In this document: positions 8,440-17,436 of the stretch, piece by piece | Numbering within the stretch: the stretch's first letter is position 1 | How the letters are laid out: every line of letters begins with the position of its first letter | DNA from: Actinomycetota bacterium | GTDB taxonomy: Bacteria; Actinomycetota; Actinomycetes; S36-B12 | Assembly (NCBI GenBank): GCA_947449035.1 | Contig: CANFQC010000004.1 | Span: 20,067-84,066, forward strand | Direction: 5' to 3' | DNA length: 64,000 nt | Translations under genes and position numbers: made by a program | Notes under the pieces: generated by a model | Databases searched by the model: none | Seen by the model: only the letters and a program-made list of their open reading frames with translations | Told to the model about the DNA's origin: nothing

Positions 8440-9468
8440 TCAGGCAGGAACCTCGGTGGCGATCTTCGCCGTGGACTTCACCCACTGGGTGCCGTCATCG
8501 GTGTATCCGGCCGGGGTAGCGGCCTTCTTCTTCCATTCGGTACCGGTGTCAGTGAATCCCGCAGGCGTCGGATCCTTGATGTTCCCGTAATCGTTCACGC
8601 GGTGATAAGTGGCGCCGACGCAGAGCCCGACATTGTCGTAACTGCCGCCCCAGGGGCAGTAGCTTCCGGTCGAGCGGACCATGTCAGCGGCGTAGGAATC
8701 GGCGACGTCATGCCAGCCCACGACACCCCAGGTGTATGTATAGGCGCGCGTCTCGTAGGAGTAGGGCAGGGACGTCTGGCAGGTGCCATTCGAGAGTTCG
8801 GTGTAGCCGGCCGGGCAGACATACACGGTTCTCGTGCGCGGAGGTGTCGGAGCGGTCGGCGCTGATGCAGGTTGATTGCCAGTCTGCGGGGGGCTTGTTT
8901 GTGGTGCAGAGGTTTGGGCTGCTCCCTGTGGCGCGGGAACTACCGGTTCGGCGTTGAACGTGGGTTGTACTGCGGGAGTCGTAGTTACGGTCGTCACGGA
9001 GCTGACCGAACTTGGCTGATCGGTGAAGGACAGGGCGCGCAGCTGCTTCAGTGTCTTTGTCATGAGAAGCCTGCTGGTCGGCCCGGTGAACCTGCCGACT
9101 TGCGGGGTTACGGTGAACACGTACCTCGCGTTCTCATCGAGTCCGGCGAAGGAGGCAATTGAGCCAGCGGTTGACTTGATCAAGCGTGCTGCGGCGGGTC
9201 GTTTGACCGGCGTGGCCATCACTGTGAATTTCGTGCGAGTTCTCGGTGCTGCCCAAGTCAGCGCCGCGGTTCCGGGCTTGGAGCTAAGCGTGAGTGCAAG
9301 TGATCGCACTGAGATGCTCGAGATGCTGATTCGCGAATCAGATCGCACCTGTTGAGTCGCTGCCGTGGCGCTTGGTGCGGTGGCAGTGATGGCCAGTACA
9401 GCCACACTAATGCCGGACACCATGGTGGCGACCGTGAGCCGTGTGGCGCGAAGTGTGTGGTGATGCAT
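8440..9468 (-). CDS. Secreted protein: signal peptide, FN3-like module, Pro/Thr/Gln linker and a Cys-rich C-terminal domain
   Basis: Signal peptide (VAVLAITATAPSATAATQQ). An FN3-like segment (ALTLSSKPGTAALTWAAP...ARYVFTVTP). A low-complexity linker (SAPQTSPPQTGNQPASAPTAPTPP). A C-terminal domain with 4 Cys and three PAG[YF]T[DE] repeats. Confidence 0.6.
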   Translation of the reverse strand: MHHHTLRATRLTVATMVSGISVAVLAITATAPSATAATQQVRSDSRISISSISVRSLALTLSSKPGTAALTWAAPRTRTKFTVMATPVKRPAAARLIKSTAGSIASFAGLDENARYVFTVTPQVGRFTGPTSRLLMTKTLKQLRALSFTDQPSSVSSVTTVTTTPAVQPTFNAEPVVPAPQGAAQTSAPQTSPPQTGNQPASAPTAPTPPRTRTVYVCPAGYTELSNGTCQTSLPYSYETRAYTYTWGVVGWHDVADSYAADMVRSTGSYCPWGGSYDNVGLCVGATYHRVNDYGNIKDPTPAGFTDTGTEWKKKAATPAGYTDDGTQWVKSTAKIATEVPA

Positions 9469-9646
9469 GTCGATCCTCTCGAAGTCGTTTCGATGAGGTT
9501 CGGCTGCATCGCATCATTCAGGAATGCACGAGTTCGCTACCTGTGGAAAGCCAGATATGAGCGTGACGAAAGTGAAGCTGTGTCCCTTATGGGTGGTGGC
9601 TTCTTTCCACGTGTGGACAACTTCTTGACGCGCAGGAGCAAGGAGG

Positions 9647-10606
9647 CTAATTCGCCTTGGCGACCGATGAGTCCACGAGCTCGGCAACCTTGATCGACTC
9701 AGCGGGGGATAGCACCCAGTCGTCTCCACCGCGGATGCGATTGCTCATCGCCTCGAACATCAATTGATACGCGTCAGTTTCATCGAAGATTTCGATCTCG
9801 TCATTGATCTTGACTCGAGCTGGTTGACGCCAGGAGCAAAAGCCCTCGTTATCGAGTGAGTTGATCTCGCCGCGCTCGAAGGTGAGGTGCATGCTCTCGG
9901 TTGCGGGCTGCTCGAAGGAGGCAGTGACTCCAGCACTCGTGCCCTCGCCCCACGTGAGGGTGATGTCAGTCGTGAGGTCAGCTCCGTGCTCGTTGAGGTG
10001 ACGACGTGATGCGGTGACCTCGAGCAGGTTGAAGTCGGGCACGCAGGAGAGCAAGGCATGCAGTGGGTAGACGCCGATATCGAGCAATGCGCCACCGCCG
10101 TACTCGGGGAAGAAGCGATAGTTGCCGGGCGGAGCGGCATCGGCGGTCTGCCAGGTGAAGCGGCCGTTGAAGCCGGTCATCTTTCCAAGTTCGCCGCCCT
10201 TGGCCAGTTGAGCGATATGACGCATGCGCGGATGCCAGCGCATCCATACGGCTTCAATGAGCATGAGGCCCGTCTCTGCTGCCTTGTCGAACGCGATGCG
10301 CGTCTCAGCAGCATTCATGGTCATCGGCTTCTCGCAAAGCACGTGCTTGCCTGCCTCGAGAGCGGCAAGGATCCAGTGAAGATGCACATCGTTCGTCAGT
10401 GCGATGTAGACGGCCTCGATGTCAGGATCGTCGATGACTTCTTGGTAGCTCTCGTAGGCGCGTGCCGGGTTCACGCTTGCTGCGCGGGCTGCATCTCTCG
10501 CACCGACGGCTGTGAGCTCTGCATTGCTCGCCTGATGAAGTGAGTCAGCCGTTCTAGCCGTGACCAGCCAACCTGCACCGAGAAAGCCCCATCGCACCGG
10601 ATCCAT
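9647..10606 (-). CDS. Gfo/Idh/MocA family NAD(P)-dependent oxidoreductase
   Basis: N-terminal Rossmann motif VRWGFLGAGWL and the EKP motif (VLCEKPM). ATG 10606 is preferred; the longest ORF starts at GTG 10624. Confidence 0.8.
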   Translation of the reverse strand: MDPVRWGFLGAGWLVTARTADSLHQASNAELTAVGARDAARAASVNPARAYESYQEVIDDPDIEAVYIALTNDVHLHWILAALEAGKHVLCEKPMTMNAAETRIAFDKAAETGLMLIEAVWMRWHPRMRHIAQLAKGGELGKMTGFNGRFTWQTADAAPPGNYRFFPEYGGGALLDIGVYPLHALLSCVPDFNLLEVTASRRHLNEHGADLTTDITLTWGEGTSAGVTASFEQPATESMHLTFERGEINSLDNEGFCSWRQPARVKINDEIEIFDETDAYQLMFEAMSNRIRGGDDWVLSPAESIKVAELVDSSVAKAN

Positions 10607-10666
10607 GGCGTCAGTCTGTCTCACGTGGGTCGGTGGCGTCCGTCAAAGTCTTTTTCGGGGATGCGA

Positions 10667-10713
10667 AAGGCCGCGGCAACGAGTCGTGGACTCGGTTCAC
10701 TTGCCGCGGCCTT
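10667..10713 (-). terminator. GC-rich hairpin downstream of the small secreted-protein gene (no U-tract)
   Basis: 13-bp arms AAGGCCGCGGCAA / TTGCCGCGGCCTT enclose a nested CGAGTC/GACTCG stem. It lies 16 nt after the stop at 10729. Confidence 0.5.
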
Positions 10714-10728
10714 AGCTGGACGTGCCGG

Positions 10729-10977
10729 CTATGCGGGCAGTTGCACTACGGGGGCTGCGTGGTCATCGTCCGAGTGATGAGTGCCGCCAGTGCACGAGGG
10801 CTTCGGCGTCTGGCGATCTGATGCGCCCCCGGTGCGCGGTGCCTCGACGCGAGCGCTGGAGCGCCCCTCGCTCTTGCCGGCCTTAGGGGCCGCCTGGGCC
10901 GAGGTGGCGAGTGCGATTGGTGCGATGAGCGCACTGGCGGCGATGACGCCGACCATGGCGCGCGTGGAAACCTTCAT
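10729..10977 (-). CDS. Small secreted protein (82 aa) with a His/Asp-rich C-terminus
   Basis: MKVSTRAMVGVIAASALIAPIALATSAQA|AP is a clear Sec signal with an AQA cleavage site. The mature peptide of about 54 aa contains CTGGTHHSDDDH. A hairpin lies downstream. Confidence 0.5.
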   Translation of the reverse strand: MKVSTRAMVGVIAASALIAPIALATSAQAAPKAGKSEGRSSARVEAPRTGGASDRQTPKPSCTGGTHHSDDDHAAPVVQLPA

Positions 10978-11077
10978 GGACCCTCCCCGAGTCATGCCGC
11001 ATGGTGCGGCAGGGGTGAGACGTTGGGCCCGGTTGGTTCGGTTCCGCCTCGTGGCTTGAATTTGGCGTGAATGAGGA

Positions 11078-11755
11078 CTAGCGCGCAGAGGTGACCGTGA
11101 GCTGCGCGATCGCGAAGGTTACCGAGGGGCTGAAGAGGAATACGCCGAGCTCGTCGTTGAGCATGTCCGCGACATCCTGTGTCGCAACCTGAAGTTTCAT
11201 GCCTCGGTAGTTAGTGGAGTCGTAGTAGCCGAGGGTCTGCTTGGTGCTGGCGATGCTGGTGATCGAGAAGAGTTTGGCGTTTGTGCCGTCCTTAAGTACG
11301 CAGTCAATGACCCTGGCACGCGTATCGATGACCGGCGTCTGGCAGTTGACGAAATCGCGAGTCTTGGTGTTCATGATCTTGAAGCCGCCGGCCGCGAAAT
11401 TCGCGGTGCCGAGCTTGGCGACAATCGGAATCGAGACACGCACGCGGGTGATGGGTGAGTTTGACAGAGCCGAGCCAGGCGAGATGCCGGAGATAGTGAT
11501 TCCCGAAGCTGCCCAAGTCGGGGCGATTCCGTTGGCAGTCGTGAAGAAGAAGTTGCCGCTGGCGTCATTGGCATTGACCGGGGAGGAGTTGCCGGCATTC
11601 TTGGTCGGTTCGCTCGTGGTGACAGCCGTAGTGACAGAGTCGGTGGCGACTACGCCCGAGGCAACCGTGTCGGCAGCCTGAGCGCTGCTGCTGATGGTCG
11701 GCAGGGCGATGGCAAGGGAGGCGACGATGCCGAGCGCGAGCCGAGTGGTGCGCAT
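11078..11755 (-). CDS. Secreted protein of unknown function
   Basis: Signal peptide MRTTRLALGIVASLAIALPTISSSAQA|AD. A Thr/Ser-rich N-terminal region is followed by a beta-rich domain with 2 Cys. Confidence 0.6.
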   Translation of the reverse strand: MRTTRLALGIVASLAIALPTISSSAQAADTVASGVVATDSVTTAVTTSEPTKNAGNSSPVNANDASGNFFFTTANGIAPTWAASGITISGISPGSALSNSPITRVRVSIPIVAKLGTANFAAGGFKIMNTKTRDFVNCQTPVIDTRARVIDCVLKDGTNAKLFSITSIASTKQTLGYYDSTNYRGMKLQVATQDVADMLNDELGVFLFSPSVTFAIAQLTVTSAR

Positions 11756-11814
11756 GAATCCTCCGAAGCAGTGCCGCTCACGCCGAATTCGGCGGTCTCA
11801 GCAAGGATAACCCC

Positions 11815-13197
11815 GTGAACGCATCACTGACCCTGAGTGAAACCCTGCACGCGGCCCTCGTTGAGGCCGTGGGTGCCGCTCATGTGCTCACGGATCCCGC
11901 CGTGACGGGCGAGTACACCCAGGAATGGACCAGGCGCTTCTCTGGCCCCTGCAGGGCCGTGGTGCGCCCTGGGTCGACCGGAGAGGTCGCTGCGGTTGTG
12001 CAGGCCTGCCTGGCGGCTGGTGTGCCGGTGCTGCCGCAGGGCGGCAATACGGGGCTGGTGGGTGGCTCGGTGCCCGCGGGTTCGCCCGGGCGGCACGGGG
12101 CGCCGGTGATCGTGTCGACGCGGCGGCTCTCGTCGATCTCAGAGGTCGACCAGCTTTCCGGTCAGCTGACTGCGGGGGCCGGGGCAACCCTGGGCGACGT
12201 GCATCGAGCTGCTTCGGCAGCAGGGTGGATCTACGGGGTTGATCTTGCTGCCCGTGACTCGTGCACCATCGGCGGCAACGTGGCGACAAATGCTGGCGGT
12301 ATCAACGTCATCGCCTACGGCATGACTCGCGCGTCGGTTGTCGGCATTGAAGCGGTGCTGCCCGACGGCCAGGTGATCTCGCACCTGTCGGGCCTGCTCA
12401 AGGACAACACCGGCTACGACCTTGGCGCACTGTTCTGCGGGTCAGAAGGAACCCTGGGCATCATCACGGCGGTTCGTGTGAGACTGCATCGACCGCATGC
12501 TGCGACGTCGGTTGCTCTTGTGGGTTGCTCGGGCTTCGCATCGGCGTTGGAACTGATGAGTCGTGCGCGTGCAGGCGGCTACCCAGTAATCGGCGCCGAA
12601 GTGATTGACGCATCGGGCATGGAGCTCGTGATGGTTTTGGCTGATCTGCCGTATCCGCTGGAATCACGGTGGGAGTTGGTGGTGCTTCTCGAGATCGCTG
12701 ATGGTGGCGATGGTTCGGGCTTACCGCTGGATGAGTCTGCTGACGCGGTTGTCGCACTGGATGCGTCGTCGCGAGCGCGGCTGTGGTCGTACAGGGAACG
12801 ACAGTCAGAGGCGTACTCGACTCTGGGAGTCGTGCACAAGCTCGACATCTCGGTGCCACTGGAGTCGTTGGCTGCTTGCGCTGATGAACTGCGTGCATTG
12901 ATCGAGTCGTATCCGATCGTCACGACCTACGGAGTCTTCGGTCACCTCGCCGATGGCAACATCCACCTCGAGATCGTCGGCCCCGCTTGGGATGACCTCG
13001 AGATCGATCACGCGATGCTTGCGTGCGCGGCGCGATACGGCGGCTCAATCTCGGCTGAGCATGGCGTGGGGCGCGTGAAGGCGCGTGAATTGGGAATGTG
13101 TCGCTCTTCTGTCGAGATCGCCGCAATGAAGGCGATCAAGGATGCGTGGGATCCGCAGGGGCTGATGCATCCGGGCGTGCTGTTCGCGGAGGACTAA
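11815..13197 (+). CDS. FAD-linked oxidase (GlcD / D-2-hydroxyacid dehydrogenase family)
   Basis: FAD_binding_4 signature (VVRPGSTGEVAAVVQAC...VLPQGGNTGLVGGS) and a C-terminal FAD-oxidase_C ending in SAEHGVGRVK. Confidence 0.8.
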   Translation: MNASLTLSETLHAALVEAVGAAHVLTDPAVTGEYTQEWTRRFSGPCRAVVRPGSTGEVAAVVQACLAAGVPVLPQGGNTGLVGGSVPAGSPGRHGAPVIVSTRRLSSISEVDQLSGQLTAGAGATLGDVHRAASAAGWIYGVDLAARDSCTIGGNVATNAGGINVIAYGMTRASVVGIEAVLPDGQVISHLSGLLKDNTGYDLGALFCGSEGTLGIITAVRVRLHRPHAATSVALVGCSGFASALELMSRARAGGYPVIGAEVIDASGMELVMVLADLPYPLESRWELVVLLEIADGGDGSGLPLDESADAVVALDASSRARLWSYRERQSEAYSTLGVVHKLDISVPLESLAACADELRALIESYPIVTTYGVFGHLADGNIHLEIVGPAWDDLEIDHAMLACAARYGGSISAEHGVGRVKARELGMCRSSVEIAAMKAIKDAWDPQGLMHPGVLFAED

Positions 13198-13871
13198 TCC
13201 CCCGGCAGCAGGATGGCCCGGAGCTCATCGGCATTCGCCGCGTAGTACGTCGGGCTGAGCGCTTCGAGCTCGCCCTCGGGCGCGTAGCCGTAAGTGATCG
13301 CGATCGAATCGATGCCGAAGTGCTCGGCGGCGACGATGTCGGAGTCGCGATCTCCGACCATCACGATGCGTCCGGCCGTGTGATCGATGCTCGCCAACTC
13401 GAAAGCGTGGGCGAGCACATCGGTCTTCAGCTGGCGTGAGCCGTCCTCATGCGAACCGGCGACGATCGCGAAGAAGTGATCGAGCTTCGCGTGTTGAAGG
13501 ATTCGTTCGGCCGATACATCAGGCTTGGCCGTTGCCAGGATGAGTGTGACGCCTGCCGCATTGAGATCCGCGATCAGCTGGCCGAGACCGGGGTAGAGCT
13601 CGAAGTCGTATTCGGCGTCGTTGAAGTACTTCTCCTTGTATGCCGTGAAGAACGAGTCGATGTCGCTCTCGGGGCGTCCGTAGTGATCGACGAGAACATC
13701 CTTCAGCGGCGGACCCATGAACTTCATGATCACCTCATCGGTGACGTCACTGAATCCGATGGCTTCCAGTCCGTAGCGCACTGAGACGGCCACACCAGGC
13801 AGGGAATCGATGACCGTTCCGTCGAGATCGAGGAGCACGACCTCGTAGCGAGGGGTAGGAACAGTCGTCAT
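13194..13871 (-). CDS. HAD-IA phosphatase (phosphoglycolate phosphatase-like), paralogue 3 of 3
   Basis: Motif I (LLDLDGTVIDS), motif II (ATAKP) and motif IV (MVGDRDSDI). Confidence 0.8.
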   Translation of the reverse strand: MTTVPTPRYEVVLLDLDGTVIDSLPGVAVSVRYGLEAIGFSDVTDEVIMKFMGPPLKDVLVDHYGRPESDIDSFFTAYKEKYFNDAEYDFELYPGLGQLIADLNAAGVTLILATAKPDVSAERILQHAKLDHFFAIVAGSHEDGSRQLKTDVLAHAFELASIDHTAGRIVMVGDRDSDIVAAEHFGIDSIAITYGYAPEGELEALSPTYYAANADELRAILLPGD

Positions 13872-14542
13872 GGGAGAAGAAGCGCGCGGAGTTCGTTTGC
13901 GCTATGGACGATGTAGTCAGGCTCGGCATCTTCGAGCTCACCTTCGTCGGCGTAACCCCAGGCAGCGCCGATCGAGGTAAAGCGATGGTGCTTAGCGCCG
14001 ATGATGTCTTCCTTGCGGTCACCAACCATGACGATGTTCCTGTTATCGCCTTCAGTGATCAGGCCGCCGATGTTCTCGATGGTGAAACTCAGGATGCTCG
14101 GCTTGTCCTGGCGCGTGAGATCCATGTCGCTGCCGCCGACGAAATCGAAGTGCTGGATCAGTTCGGCCTTGGTGAGCACGCGTTCGGCCGAGGGGATTGG
14201 CTTCGCGGTTGCGAGACCCACCTTGATGTCACTGTTCGCGAGATCGTCGATGAGGGCAGCCATTCCGGGGAATACCTCGAACTCGTACTCGCCTCCGCCG
14301 AAGTAATGCGAGCGATAAACGACGACGAAGTCATCGATTTCCTGCTTGGTCTTCCCGTAGACCTCGCCGAGTGTGTAGTGAAGGGGCGGGCCGAGGAACG
14401 CGCGGATCTGATCCTCGGTCAGGTACTCGAGGTCGATGCTCGGCAACGCGAGGGTCAGGCAGCGCAGGATGCCCGGATACGAATCAGTAATCGTGCCGTC
14501 GAGATCGAGCAGGACGATGTCGGGACTCGGAGTCAGGGGCAC
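13868..14542 (-). CDS. HAD-IA phosphatase, paralogue 2 of 3
   Basis: LLDLDGTITDS, ATAKP and MVGDRKEDI. There is a 4-nt overlap with the downstream paralogue. Confidence 0.8.
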   Translation of the reverse strand: MPLTPSPDIVLLDLDGTITDSYPGILRCLTLALPSIDLEYLTEDQIRAFLGPPLHYTLGEVYGKTKQEIDDFVVVYRSHYFGGGEYEFEVFPGMAALIDDLANSDIKVGLATAKPIPSAERVLTKAELIQHFDFVGGSDMDLTRQDKPSILSFTIENIGGLITEGDNRNIVMVGDRKEDIIGAKHHRFTSIGAAWGYADEGELEDAEPDYIVHSANELRALLLP

Positions 14543-14611
14543 GTGCTGATACTCCCAGGGAACTTCGTTCTTCGTGGCCGTGTCGATTGTGACCTGCGCG
14601 ACGGTTTCGAG

Positions 14612-15286
14612 CTATTCGCCCAGCAGGATCGCGCGCAATTCAGCGACGCTGCCGACCACGTAATCAGCACCGGCTGCCTCGAGTTCGCCTGGATCGGCGT
14701 ATCCCCACTCGACACCGATGACTGGAATGCCATGGTGCTGAGCACCGTGCACATCGTGACTGCGATCGCCGATCATGATGATGCGGTGCGAGTCAGGGTG
14801 AATCTTCATCTCGTCGAAGACGTACCTGATGACGTCGGGCTTCTTGGAGTTCGTGCCATCGAGTTGGGCGCCACCGATCATCACGAAGTGATGCGTGAGT
14901 TGAAAGTGATCGAGCACGCGCGTCGCTGACTCGATCGGCTTGCTCGTTGCGGTGGCGATCGGGATGCCGCGGTCATTGAGTTCTTGTAGCAGCGCAGGCA
15001 TGCCGTCAAAGATCTGAGCGTTGTATTCGTTGTTGTCGTGATACACGTCGCGATAGGCCTGAACGCCACGCTCGGCCATCTCGTCATCGAGTCCGTGCCA
15101 GTCACGCAGAGCCGACGAGAGCGGCGGGCCGAGATATTTGCTGATCTCGTCATCGCTGGGCTGATCAATGCAGACGGCGTCAAAGCAATGACGCAGGCTG
15201 GCGGTGATGCCCGGGGCGGAGTCGCTGATCGTGCCGTCGAGATCGAACAGGATCACGTCATACGGGTACTTGCTCGGCTCGGTCAC
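14612..15286 (-). CDS. HAD-IA phosphatase, paralogue 1 of 3
   Basis: LFDLDGTISDS, ATSKP and MIGDRSHDV. It has the same length (224 aa) and the same C-terminal WGYA..GELE pattern as the other two. Confidence 0.8.
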   Translation of the reverse strand: MTEPSKYPYDVILFDLDGTISDSAPGITASLRHCFDAVCIDQPSDDEISKYLGPPLSSALRDWHGLDDEMAERGVQAYRDVYHDNNEYNAQIFDGMPALLQELNDRGIPIATATSKPIESATRVLDHFQLTHHFVMIGGAQLDGTNSKKPDVIRYVFDEMKIHPDSHRIIMIGDRSHDVHGAQHHGIPVIGVEWGYADPGELEAAGADYVVGSVAELRAILLGE

Positions 15287-15328
15287 GGGGTAATCGTGGC
15301 AGGTTCGATGCCCGAGCGCGGATGACGG

Positions 15329-16183
15329 GTGAGTGCGATGGTGTTCGGCGCTATTGGTTCATGGCTTGAGGGGATGTGGGAATCTTGGAGCGTGGCAATC
15401 GAGGTCATCGCCCATCGCGGTGCAAATGAGGAAGAGCCCGAGCATTCGCTCGCGGCTTACCTGCGCGCGGTCGAGGAAGGCGCCGATGCCGTCGAGTGCG
15501 ATGTTCGCCTGACTGCTGATGGCACCTTGGTGCTCGTACACGACCGTCGAATCAATCGCACCAGTTCAGGTCGCGGCGCTGTGTCATCGATGACCTTCGG
15601 TGAACTCGCCCAGCACGACTACAGCGGCGGGCCGACAGTCTGGCGAGACTTCGAGGATCCGATGCCCGATGAGACGCGTACCAGCGTGCTCACTCTTGAC
15701 CGCATGCTCGTCACGCTGATGGAACGCTCAGACACCATCAAGTTCTCGATCGAGACGAAGCACCCGACTCGGTTCGGCCGTTATGTCGAGCGCGAGCTCA
15801 TCGATGTTCTGCGCCGTCACGGGCTCTCGGTCGGTGCACCGCGCGTGCGCATCATGTCGTTCAGCTCGTACGCAGTGAAGTGGATTGCGGAGCACTCGCC
15901 CGTATACCCCACGGTGTTCCTGCTCGATCACATTCCGCGTCGATACCGCAATGGCTCGGTGCCACCGGGTGTGACGGGCATTGGCGTCTCAATTGAGCGG
16001 CTGCACTCTGACCCGGAGTACATCGCTCGAGTGAAGGCCCGAGCGAACTTCGTGCACGTCTGGACTGTCGACACAGTCGCCGATGTTGACCTGTGCGTGT
16101 CACTCGGCGTCGACGGCATCATCAGCAACCGGCCCGGGATGGTCATCGACCGTCTGCGCGAGCTGGGTCTGCGCGACGCGTAG
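15329..16183 (+). CDS. Glycerophosphodiester phosphodiesterase (GDPD family)
   Basis: [19 protein letters not shown]...[22 protein letters not shown] is the GDPD catalytic signature. The start is uncertain (GTG 15329, ATG 15338 or ATG 15374). Confidence 0.8.
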   Translation: MSAMVFGAIGSWLEGMWESWSVAIEVIAHRGANEEEPEHSLAAYLRAVEEGADAVECDVRLTADGTLVLVHDRRINRTSSGRGAVSSMTFGELAQHDYSGGPTVWRDFEDPMPDETRTSVLTLDRMLVTLMERSDTIKFSIETKHPTRFGRYVERELIDVLRRHGLSVGAPRVRIMSFSSYAVKWIAEHSPVYPTVFLLDHIPRRYRNGSVPPGVTGIGVSIERLHSDPEYIARVKARANFVHVWTVDTVADVDLCVSLGVDGIISNRPGMVIDRLRELGLRDA

Positions 16184-16194
16184 GCTCTGCCGCT

Positions 16195-17136
16195 ATGGGA
16201 AAGAAGCCACGCCGCCAAGAGTCAGCCGCCGTCGAATTTGAGGGCGAGGTGCCCGTTGTCGGAATGCGCGAGCCTTGCCCGTGCGGTTCGGGCAAGCGCT
16301 ACAAGGCCTGCCACGGCAAGGTTGATCTCTCCGCCGCTTCAAGTCGCCCGTTCGAGGGATTTGCGTCGGAGTGCGACATCGTCGCGCTTCGCGAACTCGT
16401 TCCCTCAGCGACCGCGCCCCTCGAGCTGACCCGCGACCCCTCGCGTCAGGTCACCCTCGCCACCGTTTTACCTATGTCATGGCCGGCGCTCGTGCGCGAT
16501 GACGCGCACATCCTGCTTGGTCTTCAGGTCAACACCGGCACGGGCGATGCGTCCCGCGATCTCGCGAGCGCACTTCTTTCTGCCATCGCAACCGAACCGG
16601 GCAATGGCGTGGCTCCGTCACGCGACTTCGCCTCGCCCTACCGCCTTCAGGATCTGATCGATCCGGCGAAGAAGCTCGACATCACGGTGCACAGCAACTT
16701 CGACTTCTGGATCGAGCGCGACGACGTCACCGACGAGGTTCGCGCATCTCTCGAGCGTGCAAGCGAGCACTGCTACCCGACCGCACGCCTCACCTCCGTC
16801 GAAGCCGGCTACTGGACTCGCATGGGTGATAAGGAGCACTTGCGCTGGGTGACCTCGTTCGAGGAGGAGTCACTGCTCGACGCACTTGCTCGCCTGCACG
16901 CAGCGAAGTCCGATGATCTCGGCACTGACACGAAGTTCGTCGGAATGTTCCGCGCGCAGGGTCTAGTTACTCCCGTGTGGGATCTGCCGATCGGCTTCGG
17001 AGCTGAGGGCTGCGAGGCACCGATCGTCGCATTCGAGAAGAGACTCCTCGAGGCGCTTGCTGACTCATCGCCGCTGACCGATGAGCAGCGCCGTGCGCGC
17101 TCTGGCCTGACGACCAAGCAGGTCACGCTCCGCTAG
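16195..17136 (+). CDS. DUF5926-like protein with an N-terminal SEC-C zinc motif
   Basis: ATG 16195 follows the GDPD stop directly. The motif [14 protein letters not shown] is a SEC-C metal-binding motif. The longer ORF from 16093 would overlap the GDPD gene. Confidence 0.65.
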   Translation: MGKKPRRQESAAVEFEGEVPVVGMREPCPCGSGKRYKACHGKVDLSAASSRPFEGFASECDIVALRELVPSATAPLELTRDPSRQVTLATVLPMSWPALVRDDAHILLGLQVNTGTGDASRDLASALLSAIATEPGNGVAPSRDFASPYRLQDLIDPAKKLDITVHSNFDFWIERDDVTDEVRASLERASEHCYPTARLTSVEAGYWTRMGDKEHLRWVTSFEEESLLDALARLHAAKSDDLGTDTKFVGMFRAQGLVTPVWDLPIGFGAEGCEAPIVAFEKRLLEALADSSPLTDEQRRARSGLTTKQVTLR

Positions 17137-17196
17137 TGAAACTCTGCTCGGGAGAGAGTCTTGACTTGACCAACGTTGGTCAAGCAGACTCGGTTC

Positions 17197-17436
17197 ATGT
17201 CGGACATGCTCAACGTCTACGAGGCGAAGTCGAAATTCTCTGATGTCCTGAATCGAGTCGAGGCTGGCGAGGACATCATCATTGCTCGTGCCGGTCGGCC
17301 GATCGCTCGGCTGATTCCCTACGTCGAGCGCATTGCTCCTCGAGTTCCCGGCTTGATGCGCGGTCAAATCTGGATAGCGGACGACTTTGATGACACCCCC
17401 GAGGATGTCATCGCGTCCTTCTACGGCGAGAACTAA
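17197..17436 (+). CDS. Phd/YefM-family type II antitoxin
   Basis: MLNVYEAKSKFSDVLNRVEAGEDIIIARAGRPIARLIP is the Phd/YefM N-terminal fold pattern. Its stop overlaps the toxin start (TAATG). Alternative starts are at 17176 and 17206. Confidence 0.8.
   Translation: MSDMLNVYEAKSKFSDVLNRVEAGEDIIIARAGRPIARLIPYVERIAPRVPGLMRGQIWIADDFDDTPEDVIASFYGEN

Noticed and set aside
7718-8590. 290-aa plus-strand ORF
   Set aside because: It is antisense to the hydrophobic 6620-8359 membrane-protein gene. The translation is highly charged and His/Arg/Asp-rich with no domain. It is an artefact.
13904-14929. 341-aa plus-strand ORF spanning two of the HAD genes
   Set aside because: It is antisense to two minus-strand ORFs that carry complete HAD motifs. 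Its translation is Asp/Val/Glu/Arg-rich with no motif. This is a typical open antisense frame in high-GC DNA.
16093-16194. Upstream extension of the DUF5926/SEC-C ORF
   Set aside because: It overlaps the 3' end of the GDPD gene in another frame. ATG 16195 follows the GDPD stop directly.
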